A stretch of 64,000 nucleotides of DNA from the human T2T-CHM13v2.0 reference genome, Homo sapiens. The DNA lies in the NCBI RefSeq assembly GCF_009914755.1, contig NC_060930.1; one strand, 5' to 3'. Below are positions 1 through 12,280 of the stretch, piece by piece. The translations under genes and the position numbers were made by a program. Position 1 is the first letter of the stretch, and each line of letters begins with the position of its first letter. The notes below the pieces were generated by a model. It was not told the DNA's origin and searched no databases. It worked only from the letters and a program-made list of their open reading frames with translations.

Positions 1-195
1 TTTTTTAACATTTTTGGCTGGCTTCTCTATTAGAGAATCATAGATTTATAGAATGATTCTATATATTTCTCCTATATAGAGGAGGAAGTAGTTCCTTCTC
101 TTAAATTTTTTCTGTTGAGATGGTATTAATTTTTGTCTTAAATGTTTACTTAAATTTACTGGTGAAATTATTTGGGCCTTGAGTTTTCTCTTTGA

Positions 196-499
<304 letters not shown>

Positions 500-784
500 T
501 GGGAAGGTTTTAAATTGCAAATTCTATTAATATTCCTTAATGATATAGATCCATTTATATTTCTTTTCTTGAATGAGCTTTGGTAGTTTGTGTCTTTTAA
601 GAAATTTGTTTATTTTATGTAAGTTGTTGAATTTATTGGAATAAAGTTGTTAATAATATCCACTTGTTATACTTCTAATATCTGTAGAGTGTCATTCCCA
701 ATATTGGTAATTTGGTTATCTCTCTCTTTTTCCATTTCAGTCAGGTTAGAGGTCTACCAATTTTTTTTTATCTTTTCAAACAAC

Positions 785-897
785 TTTTTTTTTATTATTA
801 TACTTTAAGTTTTAGGGTACATGTGCACAATGTGCAGGTTAGTTACATATGTATACATGTGCCATGCTGGTGCGCTGCACCCACTAACTCATCATTT
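785..897 (-). mobile_element. Short 5'-truncated young L1PA 3' end
   Basis: ttattatactttaagttttagggtacatgtgcacaatgtgcagg...; TSD aacaacttt at 779-787 and 898-906. Confidence 0.9.
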
Positions 898-1033
898 AAC
901 AACTTTCTTTTTGGTTCCATTGGTTTTCTTTATTGATTTCATTGATTTTCTATTTCCTATTTCATCGACTTTTGCTCTGATCTTTGTTCTTTCCTTCTAC
1001 TTTTTGTTTTAGCTTTTAAAACTACAAAGAAAG

Positions 1034-1064
1034 TGTGTGTGTGTGTGTGTGTTTGTGTGTATGT
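1034..1064. repeat. (TG)n microsatellite
   Basis: direct reading. Confidence 0.9.
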
Positions 1065-3854
1065 GGAGTTTGTTCATAATGTTCTTTAAAATTGTCAAAA
1101 TTGTCACTATGTTTTTTGAGATTTCATACAAACTCTTGGAACTTTTCCACAGTTCATCTTAGAGCAATGTTTTATTTTATGTGTTTATCATTTTCCAGAA
1201 ACTGGAGTTTGAAAGAAAAATCGCAGCAACATATGTTTGCCCAAATGGTCAAACATATGCAGGAGTGAATGATCACTCGTGAATGATGACATAATGACAT
1301 AACAAGGGTCTTCTCGGTGGTCTTAATTCAGGAATGTTTATGTTTATGATTTGAGAGCTGGGATGGGAGCAGAAGGGCACTAGCGAAATGTTAATGCCAA
1401 GGTTATGTTCGAAATATGATTTCACTGTGCTATTTAATTATGAGAAAGAGTGTTGATGCAGCAAGACTAATTTTCCCATGTGGCTGCCAAAATTGGTCTT
1501 ACCACACTTGTAGTCTTGCCCCTTTCAATATGCGTACCATTCAGAGGAACTGTGTATAAAGCCGTCTGTCTCAGCCCCTGTCAGTGTCAGTACCAAATGA
1601 ATAGCTTTACAACAGTGCTTCAATTTAACTTTGACCCACAGTATGGACCTTTGAGATGAAATTATAGTGAACATTGGCACTGCTTCTGTAAATGGCCTAG
1701 CAATTCAGAGACTGGCAATACTAGTAACCTAATGGTATTCAAAATTTGCTGTGTTTTGGAACTGCCTGTGATTGTTTTTAAAAATATACTTTCAGCAGTA
1801 CCCTTCTCTCTGTCACATCATACTTCCTCATTCTCCTCAAACACACACAATATATACTTAGGACAGTTACAGTTCTATACATCCGCGGTGGACGTTTGTT
1901 TTTTTAACAAGTGCACCATTTGATTCTGTTGCATTCCAAAGGTTAAGAACCAGTGAGCTGTGTAACCAGTGACCTCTAGTTTTGATTTTCTTTTATATAA
2001 AATCATGAGGATGGGAATATCTACCAGTGGCACTCAGAATCTAGCCTTGATTAGGAATTCTTTTGTAATGTTCTCTGGGATTTATTTTTTTCTCCTTGCT
2101 GTTCTTTATTATGATTTAATTATAGTTCATAAACTCAGATAAAATTCCTGAGACTTACCTACTGCATTGTGTTTAAGAGTGAGTGATTGCTCTATTGAGT
2201 TAGCGAAATGTGACTTTTACTATTGCTATTTTCCCCTTTCTTCAGAAATGTTGGAAACCTTTATCTTATTTTACCAGTCTCTATGCCACATTGTTTTCTG
2301 GTGCTCGAGTTTTATTGCCTTCATGGTATTTAAGTTGAGGCCAGCAGTTATACAGTTTTATAGTTATACAATTTTTGCACCTTTTTTTGTACAACTGAAT
2401 ACCTGCTATGATTTTTTCTTGAATTATAGGGTTAATTGTTTGCTATGTCACAGAATGATATTGATAAGCCATCTACCACACATGGATGGATAAGCCATCC
2501 ACCACCACATATTTCTGACAGAGGAGAGAAAAACAACTCACAGGTCTGTTAGCTGGGGATTAGTAAAACGTGCTGCCCTTGAAGTTTAGTCAGGTTGTTC
2601 GACCTTAAAAAAAGGCGGTGGAGTGGGGTGGGAAATTTGAATCATACATAAGTTACTATGGCTTATATCTCTAATTATTATTTTAAATGTATATTAGATA
2701 TCATGAGTTATATCCTGCTAGGTGTCTAAAGAAAATGTGTTTCAAACATTCTGTTCCTCCCCAGCTGAAGTGGGAGGGAAAAGAGTATTTGATAGGAAGC
2801 TCTTTTTTTCTTTTTTGATGAGGTGACTTATTGTGTTGGTTTCACCTCCATCACTTTGTTGCAGTCTTTACATTATGCAAAGGTGGTGACATCTTACACA
2901 GGGTTGTGTGAGTGCTTGCTTGTAAGGTTGAATTGAAGGCCTCATTTCTTCCTCCACCTGTCACCATTTTTTCTTCTCTGTCATTCTATTCAATCCTGTG
3001 CAATTAAAGATGATTAGGTGTTAAGATTAAGTGGAATTAGAATAAGCTAATTACTAATTACTCGCACCCAAACTGTGAACTGAATAGATGTGCTAGATGT
3101 GAAGAATGTAAAAGTACCCCTGTAGTGAAAAATATAATTACCCATGGTGGGAAGGTTGGGAGTAGGGTGCAGAGCACAGACACAATGGCACATCAAAAGT
3201 GTCTGGCTTTTAAAAACATGCATATGCACAGATATGTGCATATGAAAAATATGAGCCTAATTTCACTAAGTAGATTTAGTCTTACTTAAAACATCTTATA
3301 GACTACTGGGTTGTTTAGCCTCCAGGTACAATAATGCTTGATGTCTTTTGCTAGAGGAATACCTCTTGAACCAGCTTTTAGAAGACAAATGGAGCCTTTG
3401 CCTAGAGAATTTTAAAGGCTTTGCCTTTCATTTCTTGAGGAATGCACTGAAAAATAGGAATTTTAATTTTTTTATGTACAACTAACTAGCACAGAAGTGG
3501 TATTTATCAAATACTCGTTGACAGATTCTTCTAGAGGTATTTATGAAAAAGTAACATCTGAAACACTTACATTATTTATATCCTTTTCTTTGATCTCATC
3601 ATTTTGACATACCTTGCGTTACTTTTCATTTTGACATACATATGTTGAAATACTTACATTATTATTATTTTCAGTTTGGGCTAATTTCAGGAAAATGTAA
3701 GGCAAAATCTAAAAACTGCATTGCACATTATAAAGTGTTCTCCATCATATTTTTGTATAGATAAAGTAAGAACAGGAAGTAAACGTGTGCAGATATTTTG
3801 AAGAAGTGATAATCTAAGAGGATTGCATTTTATGGGAATTTTTTGGGGGGTAGG

Positions 3855-3969
3855 AAGATGGGGTTTTGCTATGTTGCCTGGGCTGGTCTTGAACTCCTAG
3901 GCTCAAGCAATCGTCCTGCCTCAGCCTCCTGAGTTTACGGGGTTATAGGCATGCACCACCACACCCAGT
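3855..3969 (-). mobile_element. Alu monomer (FLAM-like)
   Basis: single antisense Alu arm. Confidence 0.85.
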
Positions 3970-4273
3970 TTACATGAATGTTTTTGAGATTAAAGAAAAT
4001 GGCATCTTTTATTTTTAGGTAGTTGAAGTTCTTCTTATTTGTAATGTGTACATCTTCAGCTTCTTGCCCCTTTTGTGACCGACCTGTCCTCCTTTTCACA
4101 AGTTAGTTTGTACTTATTTAGAGGACTAGCTGTCTCAGTCTCAACATTTTTTGACATGTTTTGGACATCTCCAGCAATTAATTATAGGAATGAGTCTTAG
4201 TCTAACACTAAACCTAACACCAAACATTTTATTAACGTGTTACCTTAATATTCCAAGTATCCCCTCTTCTTAG

Positions 4274-4617
<344 letters not shown>

Positions 4618-5047
4618 GATCGAAACTTTTAAAAGCATTTCTCTTTTGCTCCCAAGCAAAAGGTTTTAACATTTTATTTAAGCATATGATAAGGTTTCTT
4701 GTCTTTAAAATGTGTGTGTGTGTATTTTAAAGGTAGCTTTTAGATTGCCTATGGGTACCCACAGAAAGATATAGCCATACTTACACTACATAGCAGGGAT
4801 ATAAAAACTTTGTAAGACTGCAGCTCAGGACAAAATCTTGGTAAAAGGAGAAGTCGTGTTTGAATGTGGGAGTTCAGTCTCTATCATATGGGAGTCTATT
4901 TGAATCTGCCAGCTTGGCCCTTGGAAACACTTACTTCAGTTTCTAGACGTTTCTGACAATACTTCCACCCTCTACCCAAACACTTCTTTGAGTCTTAAAT
5001 TAAGTGCATTATTTTAAGAAAGTGCTTCTTTAAAAGCTAATATTGTG

Positions 5048-5124
5048 ATCCTTTTGTAGTTCATGAGGGTGATGGTTGGGTGTTCACGCACGTATGTGAG
5101 ATGTGCTACCCTCGAACCTTGTTA
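5048..5124 (+). pseudogene. 3'-truncated processed retrocopy of U13 (SNORD13) snoRNA
   Basis: ATCCTTTTGTAGTTCATGAG..GTGATGGTTGGGTGTTCA..GTGAGATGTGC..ACCCT.GAACCTTGTTA matches the recalled 5' part of U13; followed by an A tail and flanked by 15-bp TSD aaaagctaatattgt (5032-5046, 5133-5147). Confidence 0.88.
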
Positions 5125-5250
5125 AAGAAAAAAAAAGCTAATATTGTATTAGTATATATCTGTGTGACTATGTAGTTTACAATATTTAAAATAATTAAAA
5201 ACGGAAGGAATTGGACTCATTCTTAAGAAGTGTCCCACCGGTTCTTGCAG

Positions 5251-5372
5251 ATGATTGTGGAAACTGAGAAGTGCAGCATTTCCATGAAGATGGCGTCACC
5301 CGAGGACGTGAGTGAGGTGCTGGCTCACATAGGCACCTGCCTGAGGAAGATATTTCCTGGCCTCTCTCCAGT
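5251..5372 (+). CDS. CARMIL1: CARMIL1 coding exon (probably exon 5), [40 protein letters not shown](V), end of PH domain
   Basis: ttcttgcag acceptor, GT|gtgagt donor, 122 nt, phase 0 to 2; peptide matches recalled CARMIL1 sequence and joins in frame to 19682. Confidence 0.96.
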
Positions 5373-7269
5373 GTGAGTTTCCCTGGGCAGGGTGAGGAGA
5401 GCAAAGAACCTATTCTTCCTCAAAACGGCAAATACAACAATGCCTTCTTTTTACCCCTTCACTTAGTTCCTCTCTCAGACTTCCTTCTCCTCTTAAATAT
5501 TAAATATCAAAACCCTTATCAAAACCCTTGTGTTTTGGTCTGAGGATTTCTACAGGGCTGTGTCTTATTCTTTAAAGAGCTTGAGTGATGAAAGGATTTG
5601 GCAGTCCTTTAACTTCTCATAAGACTAAAACAGTAACCTTTTTAATATAACTCCAGATTTACAGGAGTGTGAATATTACTCACAGCTTATTACCAGAGTG
5701 CCAGGGGCTGCATGCTTTGTATAGTGGCACCAAGTATAATGCAGATGAAGAGAGAGACAGTGCTTTATTTTCTTTGCTTTTTTATTTTCAGGAACAAGAA
5801 ACCTAAAAAAATTGAATGTAAAAATCCCTTTTTTTCATTGTCCTGTTAGTGTTCTGAAATACCCATTAGGCATATTAGTAAATTTCGTTCATCCATGCCC
5901 TCATATTTTTTGTTAAGCTTTTAAAGTCAGGATTATGGGCTTGGATACCTGAGTTTGTAGTTGGGGAGTGTGTGGGTTGTTGGGATGGAGGAATTAGATT
6001 GACTGAGGTGAAAGGCAAAGAGATGCTTATGTCTGAAAGCTCCCTAAAATAATAGGTATAGTCAAAATACCCTCCTGATAGAAGAACAGGATTCACAGAT
6101 GGCAGAAAATTTCCCTCCCATTGCTCTCCCAGCAGGCAGAAGTGTATACAGGGAAGGGCTGGAGGCCCCACATAGACATGTGTAGCATGCTAGCTGTGTT
6201 CCTTGCGTGGTGGAGGTGGGAGGGGGATTTTGGGAACAGTTGCCCTTCATAAAACATGCTCCTCCTGCAATGCCTTGCCTGCAAGTTGAGAGACAAAGCA
6301 GCAGGAAAACCTAGGCTTCTAGTCATTTAAACCTTATGGATGACTAAAAGTGGCTCAGTGGGGACAGACACTCCCTTTCAAGCTCTTTGGCCTTAAGAGG
6401 CCTGCTCAGTTCCCTTCACAGCCCTTCGCAGGGCTCTCTCCCTTCCCCCCATGGTGGGAGGTGGACACACCAGAATGGAAGGCTTGCCCTGTGCTTGCTG
6501 GTTGTTCACCTTGGGCTCCTTCCTCCCTGAAGCTTAAGTCTTGTGGTTCTCTGATTATCAGGGTAGCTGGTTGCCGGGGGAGCTAAGTGTCCCTGGCCTC
6601 CATTTCAGTGGAGTGGAGAGGGTGAGCTGGGGCTGCCCTCTGACTCCTGCTTGGCTAGAATTTCAGGTATGAGGTGTCTTCAAGGCAAGCTTTCCTGGTC
6701 TCTAATCACACACACAGGCGGTTCTGGAGAAGAGGTGTGGGCAGCAGTGGGTGGTTGGATGAGGTAAGAAGTGAATCCATGGTGGCAATGGGAATTGCCA
6801 AGAAGCAAAACCTTAGGAATGGGTTCGACATCATCCTTAAAGCCACCAGAGAACTAGCTGGGGTAATCATGAGTTAACAATAGCTACAACCCATCTTCCT
6901 TAAACTACATTTCAGTAATGCGACTTTGTACATGTGTTTCTTTATAATGTGCTCGCTTTCCTTCTAAATTAATACTGATGAAATAAAAAAATTATTAAGC
7001 ACCGCCTTACTTGGCAAGAGCTTATAATACCCTGAACTTTAAAGACACTTCAGAGCAATATCTAGAATCTCTATTTTCTTTAAAAGGCAGCCTTATTTGT
7101 TTAGTATTGTAGGATTTTCAGAGAAACTAACCATTTTTATTTTTGGTTTGGATTCTTCCATTTTTTTCTTCCCAGAGAACATTGAGTAAGAATAGTATTT
7201 TCACTTATAGCTTCCATTTAACTTCTTGTTAAAATCTTCGGGCAATTATTAAACCAGTATTAATCACCT

Positions 7270-9870
7270 CTGTTTCTAGGAAGAAAGTTCCCATGTATAT
7301 GTTGATTTCTAAATCTGTGACCTCTGCTGTACCCAGGTCTTCGTCCCCACCTACCAGCTGCCCAATAGGGCATCTCTACAAGGACAGCCCCAGGCACCTC
7401 ACACTCAGTATGTCCCACACTGGACTCCTCACTTTCCCCCCTAAAAATTGCTTATATTCTGTATTTCTGTCTCAATTAATGGCATTGTTGTTCACATAGT
7501 CTCACAAGTTAAAAGCTGAGCCGTGCTCATCTCTTGGTCCTTACTGTCATATTCAATTGGTTGCTAAGCTTTTAAAAATATTATCTTAATATCTCGTGGT
7601 CTGGTTCTTTCTCCTTGTTTTCATTTCCACTGCCATAGTCACTTTCTCCCTTGCATCTTTCTAGTTAGTCTCCCTGCTTCTAGTTCTTCTCTTGCAAGTG
7701 ATCCTTCATACTGTCATCCGAGTTATCTTTTCATAATTCAAACAGTATCTGTTCTTTGCCTAAGCTCTCAAATGGCTGGCTTTCCTGATAAAATGTAAAT
7801 TGTATAGCCTGACACAGAATACCACTGTTTTCCTGTTCCTGAACACAATCAGGCTCTCTCATATTTTCAGCACCATTATAATAGCTCTAATCCTGACAAA
7901 TTCCAAAAGATTTAACTCAGGTATCTTCTCATCTGTAAAGAGAGTCTTTATTCATGTTTCCAAAGAACTTTGGATCACTTCCTGCACTAGTACACATCAT
8001 ACTGTGTTGTAAGTGCTTGTTCATACACTTATATATTCCATGACTATTTATTGATTTTCTACTATATGCTAGGCATAGTGCTAAGTGTTGAGGTCCAGCA
8101 GTGAACATGGTCCCTGCCCACGTGGAACTTACATTTTAACTTGGGGAAAGAAACCCCCCAAAGAGGGAAATACATAAATCAAGTAACAGTACCTTTGAGT
8201 AAGTGCTGTGAGAGAAATAGATGGGACTCGTATAAAGAATAAACTTCTGTCTCCAAAGGCCTCCCTGTGGCCATGATAACTTCAACAGACCTAGGGGAAG
8301 AGAAGGCGCCTGCCCTATAAGAGTAGGGCAAAGAATATCATCTTCCCAGGGCTTCTGTTCATGCTATTTCTCTTGCCTAGAAAGGGCTTGGTATCTCTGA
8401 GAAACTGAAAGATATCCACTTTGGCTGGGGTATAATGAAGAACAAAGATGGGAAGGGATGAGGAATGATTCAAGAGGGGGCTGGAACCAGCCCTGGTGAT
8501 GTAGATGTAGTTGATGTAGAGCCTCGTGGGAAAGAGGTTGGGATTTAGTAGTATTTTCCTGGGAAGCCACTGTAACATTTTAGGGGTGGGAGATAAATCT
8601 TTAGATAGTTTATGAAAATCTTTTTTTTTTTTTGTCTGCTAAAGAGAATGGACTGGTGGCAGAGCAAGAATAGAAGTAGAAAGCTAATTTGGACACTTGT
8701 AGTAATCTAGGCAAGAGATGACTGTGGTCAGGAGAAAGGTAGCAGCATTAGGTATTAAGAGAGAGGGTAGATGTAAGCTTTATTTTGGATGCAGGAGTTG
8801 CTGATGGATTAGGTAAGTGTGGGTAAGGGCAGTGAGGAAAGAAAGAGAAGAAAAACAAGGATGGCTCCTCAGAGTCCGGTTTTAATAACTTGGTGACCAA
8901 TATGACAGCAAGACAGAGAAGGCCTGGGGTAGGTGGGGGACAAGTATTTTCTGGGGGGTGGGATCTGTAGCCATTCTGTTTTAGGCATGTGGAATTTGAG
9001 ATCTATTTGTCTAGGACCTACAAGACCTCCATAGACCTCTCCTCCAAGCTCCACTAGGTGAGGCTATCAGGTAGGCAGATTTGTGAGGCTGGGGCTTGGA
9101 GGAGAGGTCTGGAGTTGGAGCAAAGGTGAGTGCCATTGAGCACAAGATGGTCTTCACTGCATGGCTGTTGATAACGTCACCTGGAGAAAGATGTGTAGAG
9201 GAGGCATACTTGGAATGAGCTCAACACTTAGAGGTCAGGTAAACTAGGAAGAGCCACAAATGGAGTTGGGTAAGGACTGGCTGTCAAGGTAGGAGGAAAA
9301 CCAGTGAAAAACCAGGGCCTGGGAAGGAGTGCTGACTCTGCAGAATGATGCTGGGGCTGAATAAGCTGCAGGCAGAGAGGTGTCCAGTGTTGGTGACGTG
9401 GATAACATAGGCACCTTGATGAGAGCAGGTCTAGGGGTCTGGTTGGGAGGGCAGACTGCTGTGGTTGAGGGATGAACTCAGAAGTGAGAAAATGGATGTG
9501 GCATATGTGGACAACTTCATAGAGAAGATCAGCTATTAAGGGGAACTGACAAATTGGATGTAGCTAGCGCACTCTGAGGGATTACGGGGGATTTCTGTTT
9601 GTGTTTAAAATGGGAGATAAAAGCATATGCTTAAACCATATGGCTGTAATGAGGGGAGTGATCAGTAGAAAGAGAGATTTGTTGCTGGAGACTGCCCTAA
9701 TAAATAAATCAGCAATATCCTTGAGAAAGTGAGAGGCAAAGTACAAAACATACCTGTCTTTCCTTCTAGGCTGGGAGCTGCTTAAACAAAGACCATGTTT
9801 TTATTAATCTTAAATCCCTAGTTCTTGGCACATAGTAGGTACTGACTGAGGTTTTGGATGAGCACATACA
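7270..9870. mobile_element. Cluster of L2 fragments in both orientations
   Basis: L2-like motifs (gcacctcacactcagtatgtcc; ctactatatgctaggcatagtgctaag; cttggcacatagtaggtact). Confidence 0.6.
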
Positions 9871-10883
9871 CTTCACACTTAATCCATTTCCAGTACCTTG
9901 TTGGGTGATGTACCATGGGGCATAGAGAAGTCAGAAGACAGTGGCCCTGCCTTCAAACCATGAACTCATTAGCTGAGGTAACCTGAAGCAGATGAGACAG
10001 GAGATGATTGGGTGTAAGTGGGAGATGAATGAGCACAGGCTGGCTTTGCAGAGGAGATTTACTGCAAACGGATGGAGAAAATTCAGAGGAGAGAGTAGTG
10101 AAAGGAAAGGCAATTCACATGAAGAGACCAATTGGAGAGAAGGTGCAGATTATAATTTAGAAAATGCCTTGGCAGAGAGTTAAATTACCTAAATGTATTT
10201 GACTTGCATTCCTCTTTTCTACCCAACACACACAGTTAGCTTGTCTCGATAAGCCTAATATTTTGTGGTTTCTATGTTGTGCCTTTACTCTTGAAGTTCC
10301 TTAGATTGCATTATATGATTTTGGGAGGGGAAACGTACAATTTTATTGGTATTGGTTGTGTGACTAGAGAGGGTGGAGAAGTTGGTAACCGTATCTTTTC
10401 TCCTACATTCCCAGTATGCCTTAAGTCAAAGCTATCAGTCAGGGGAATATTTGTTTATATAAATAATGCACAATAGAACATGCAAAATAAAATATGTTTC
10501 CAGTAATGTCATATATTCCACTCATGATAAATTGGAGAATATGAAACTATATTTAGAATCCTTAGACCTTGTATGACTCATTTGTCCCATCAAATTTATT
10601 TTCTGAGCCTGTCTTGGGGGTCCTCATCTCCTTCCTTGCTTAGGGTACCTCTGGTGGTGACTGATGAACAGAAAAGGGTCTCATGAGGAGGTATTAGGAA
10701 CCAGGTGAATCAGGAGGAGTTAGATCCTGGAAAATTCTCAGTTTGGGTAATCAGTTCTTGAATACTCTACGTATGACTCTATATAAATGAACCTATACCT
10801 CCAAAGATCTGAATTTCTGATTTTACCCATATACAATTCTGAAAATAACATCCATCATTCAAATCAAATATATGAAAATATAC

Positions 10884-11085
10884 AGCCTGGGCAACATAGT
10901 GAGACCTCATTTCTACTAAGAAATTTTAAAAATTAGCTGGGTGTGGTGGTATATGCTTGTATTCCCAACTAATGGGAGGATCACTTGAGCCCAGGAGTTT
11001 GAACTTGCAGTGAGCTATGCTCACACCACTACACTCCAGCCTGGGTGACAGAGTAAGACCACATCTCAAAACAAACAAACAAACA

Positions 11086-11087
<2 letters not shown>
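10884..11087 (+). mobile_element. Partial Alu (AluJ-like) with (AAAC)n tail
   Basis: agcctgggcaacatagtgagacc ... actccagcctgggtgacagag. Confidence 0.88.
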
Positions 11088-11088
<1 letters not shown>

Positions 11089-11157
<69 letters not shown>

Positions 11158-11182
11158 TATGTGTGTGTGTGTGTATGTATAT
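11089..11182. repeat. Compound (TA)n(TG)n microsatellite
   Basis: direct reading; alternating purine-pyrimidine. Confidence 0.95.
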
Positions 11183-12240
11183 GTAATCAGCTCTTAAGAG
11201 AATGCAGGTTGGAAAAAAATGAAGGATTTAAATTAAAATTTGTAGTATTTACATGTCATATTTTCTTCCCATCTCCTGTCTCCAAATATATGTTAGGATA
11301 TTTCTCTCTCCCTCTCTCCTTCCCTTCTAAAATGACATTTTCTCCTCATTAAATATGGAAAGTTTAATTCAAAATATAGAGAACATCTGTAAAGAAGAAA
11401 ATTTAAGTTAAATTTAAAAATCACCCCAACTCAAATCACTGTTATCGTGTGTTTTGTTAACATTCCAATCTTTGCTATAGACTGTCCTTGGAGGCCTCAC
11501 CTCTCAGACAGTGACAACCCTATGGGGTGAACTAGGGAAGGGTTTAGAGCTTCAGTGTTGTCATCTGTTTTCTCAGGGTTGTCTGTGATGGCAGTTCTCT
11601 TCAGGAAGTCATTCTGTGTTACGGCCTTCAGCTTTTCTACTATCAAGAACCTTGGCTGGTCTCCAAAACAAAGCTAGATTTTTTTTTTTTAGTATTAAAT
11701 GATATTGTTAATACAGGTATGAGGTATGAAAATGTGAGGTTATTATGGAGAAAGCTGATGAAATAGGAGTTTATATATAAACAAGAGAAAGGTGGTTGCT
11801 GTGTTTTGGTAGTCTCTTCACTTTGCAAAGCAGTAGGTAGCCTTTTGTTGTGGTGTGGCTTGCAGCATTAAAGCATGTGCTATTCTGGAGACAGCTGCCA
11901 TGTTGCATAGGCTGAGCATTGGAATTGAATTTTAAAGAAATCAATTAGTGTGAGTACATTAAAATAATCTATAATTTTTTTGTGTCAATAGTTTATCATG
12001 AGATTTGCATGGACAAAGAGTTGGTGTGTTTGTCATCTAGTTTGCTGTTTCTTGCTGCCACATAGAACTATTTTCTGAGTCTTGTGCAATTTAAATGCAT
12101 ATAATGCAAATGCTGAATCAACGCTAGTGCTGCCTGCATGTGAGAGACATGTCTTGCTTATGTTTTGTTTTAGGATTTTGGTTTACCTTTTATGGTACTT
12201 ATTGGACAACAAATCCTCTGTCTTTCTGTCTATTTAACAG

Positions 12241-12280
12241 TGTGTGTGTGTATGTGTGTGTGTGTGTGTATGTGTGTGTG
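12241..12280. repeat. (TG)n microsatellite
   Basis: direct reading. Confidence 0.92.

Noticed and set aside
1279-1360. Box C-like ATGATGA suggesting an intronic C/D snoRNA
   Set aside because: No box D (CTGA) or terminal stem at a suitable distance; the motif is explained by local micro-duplication.
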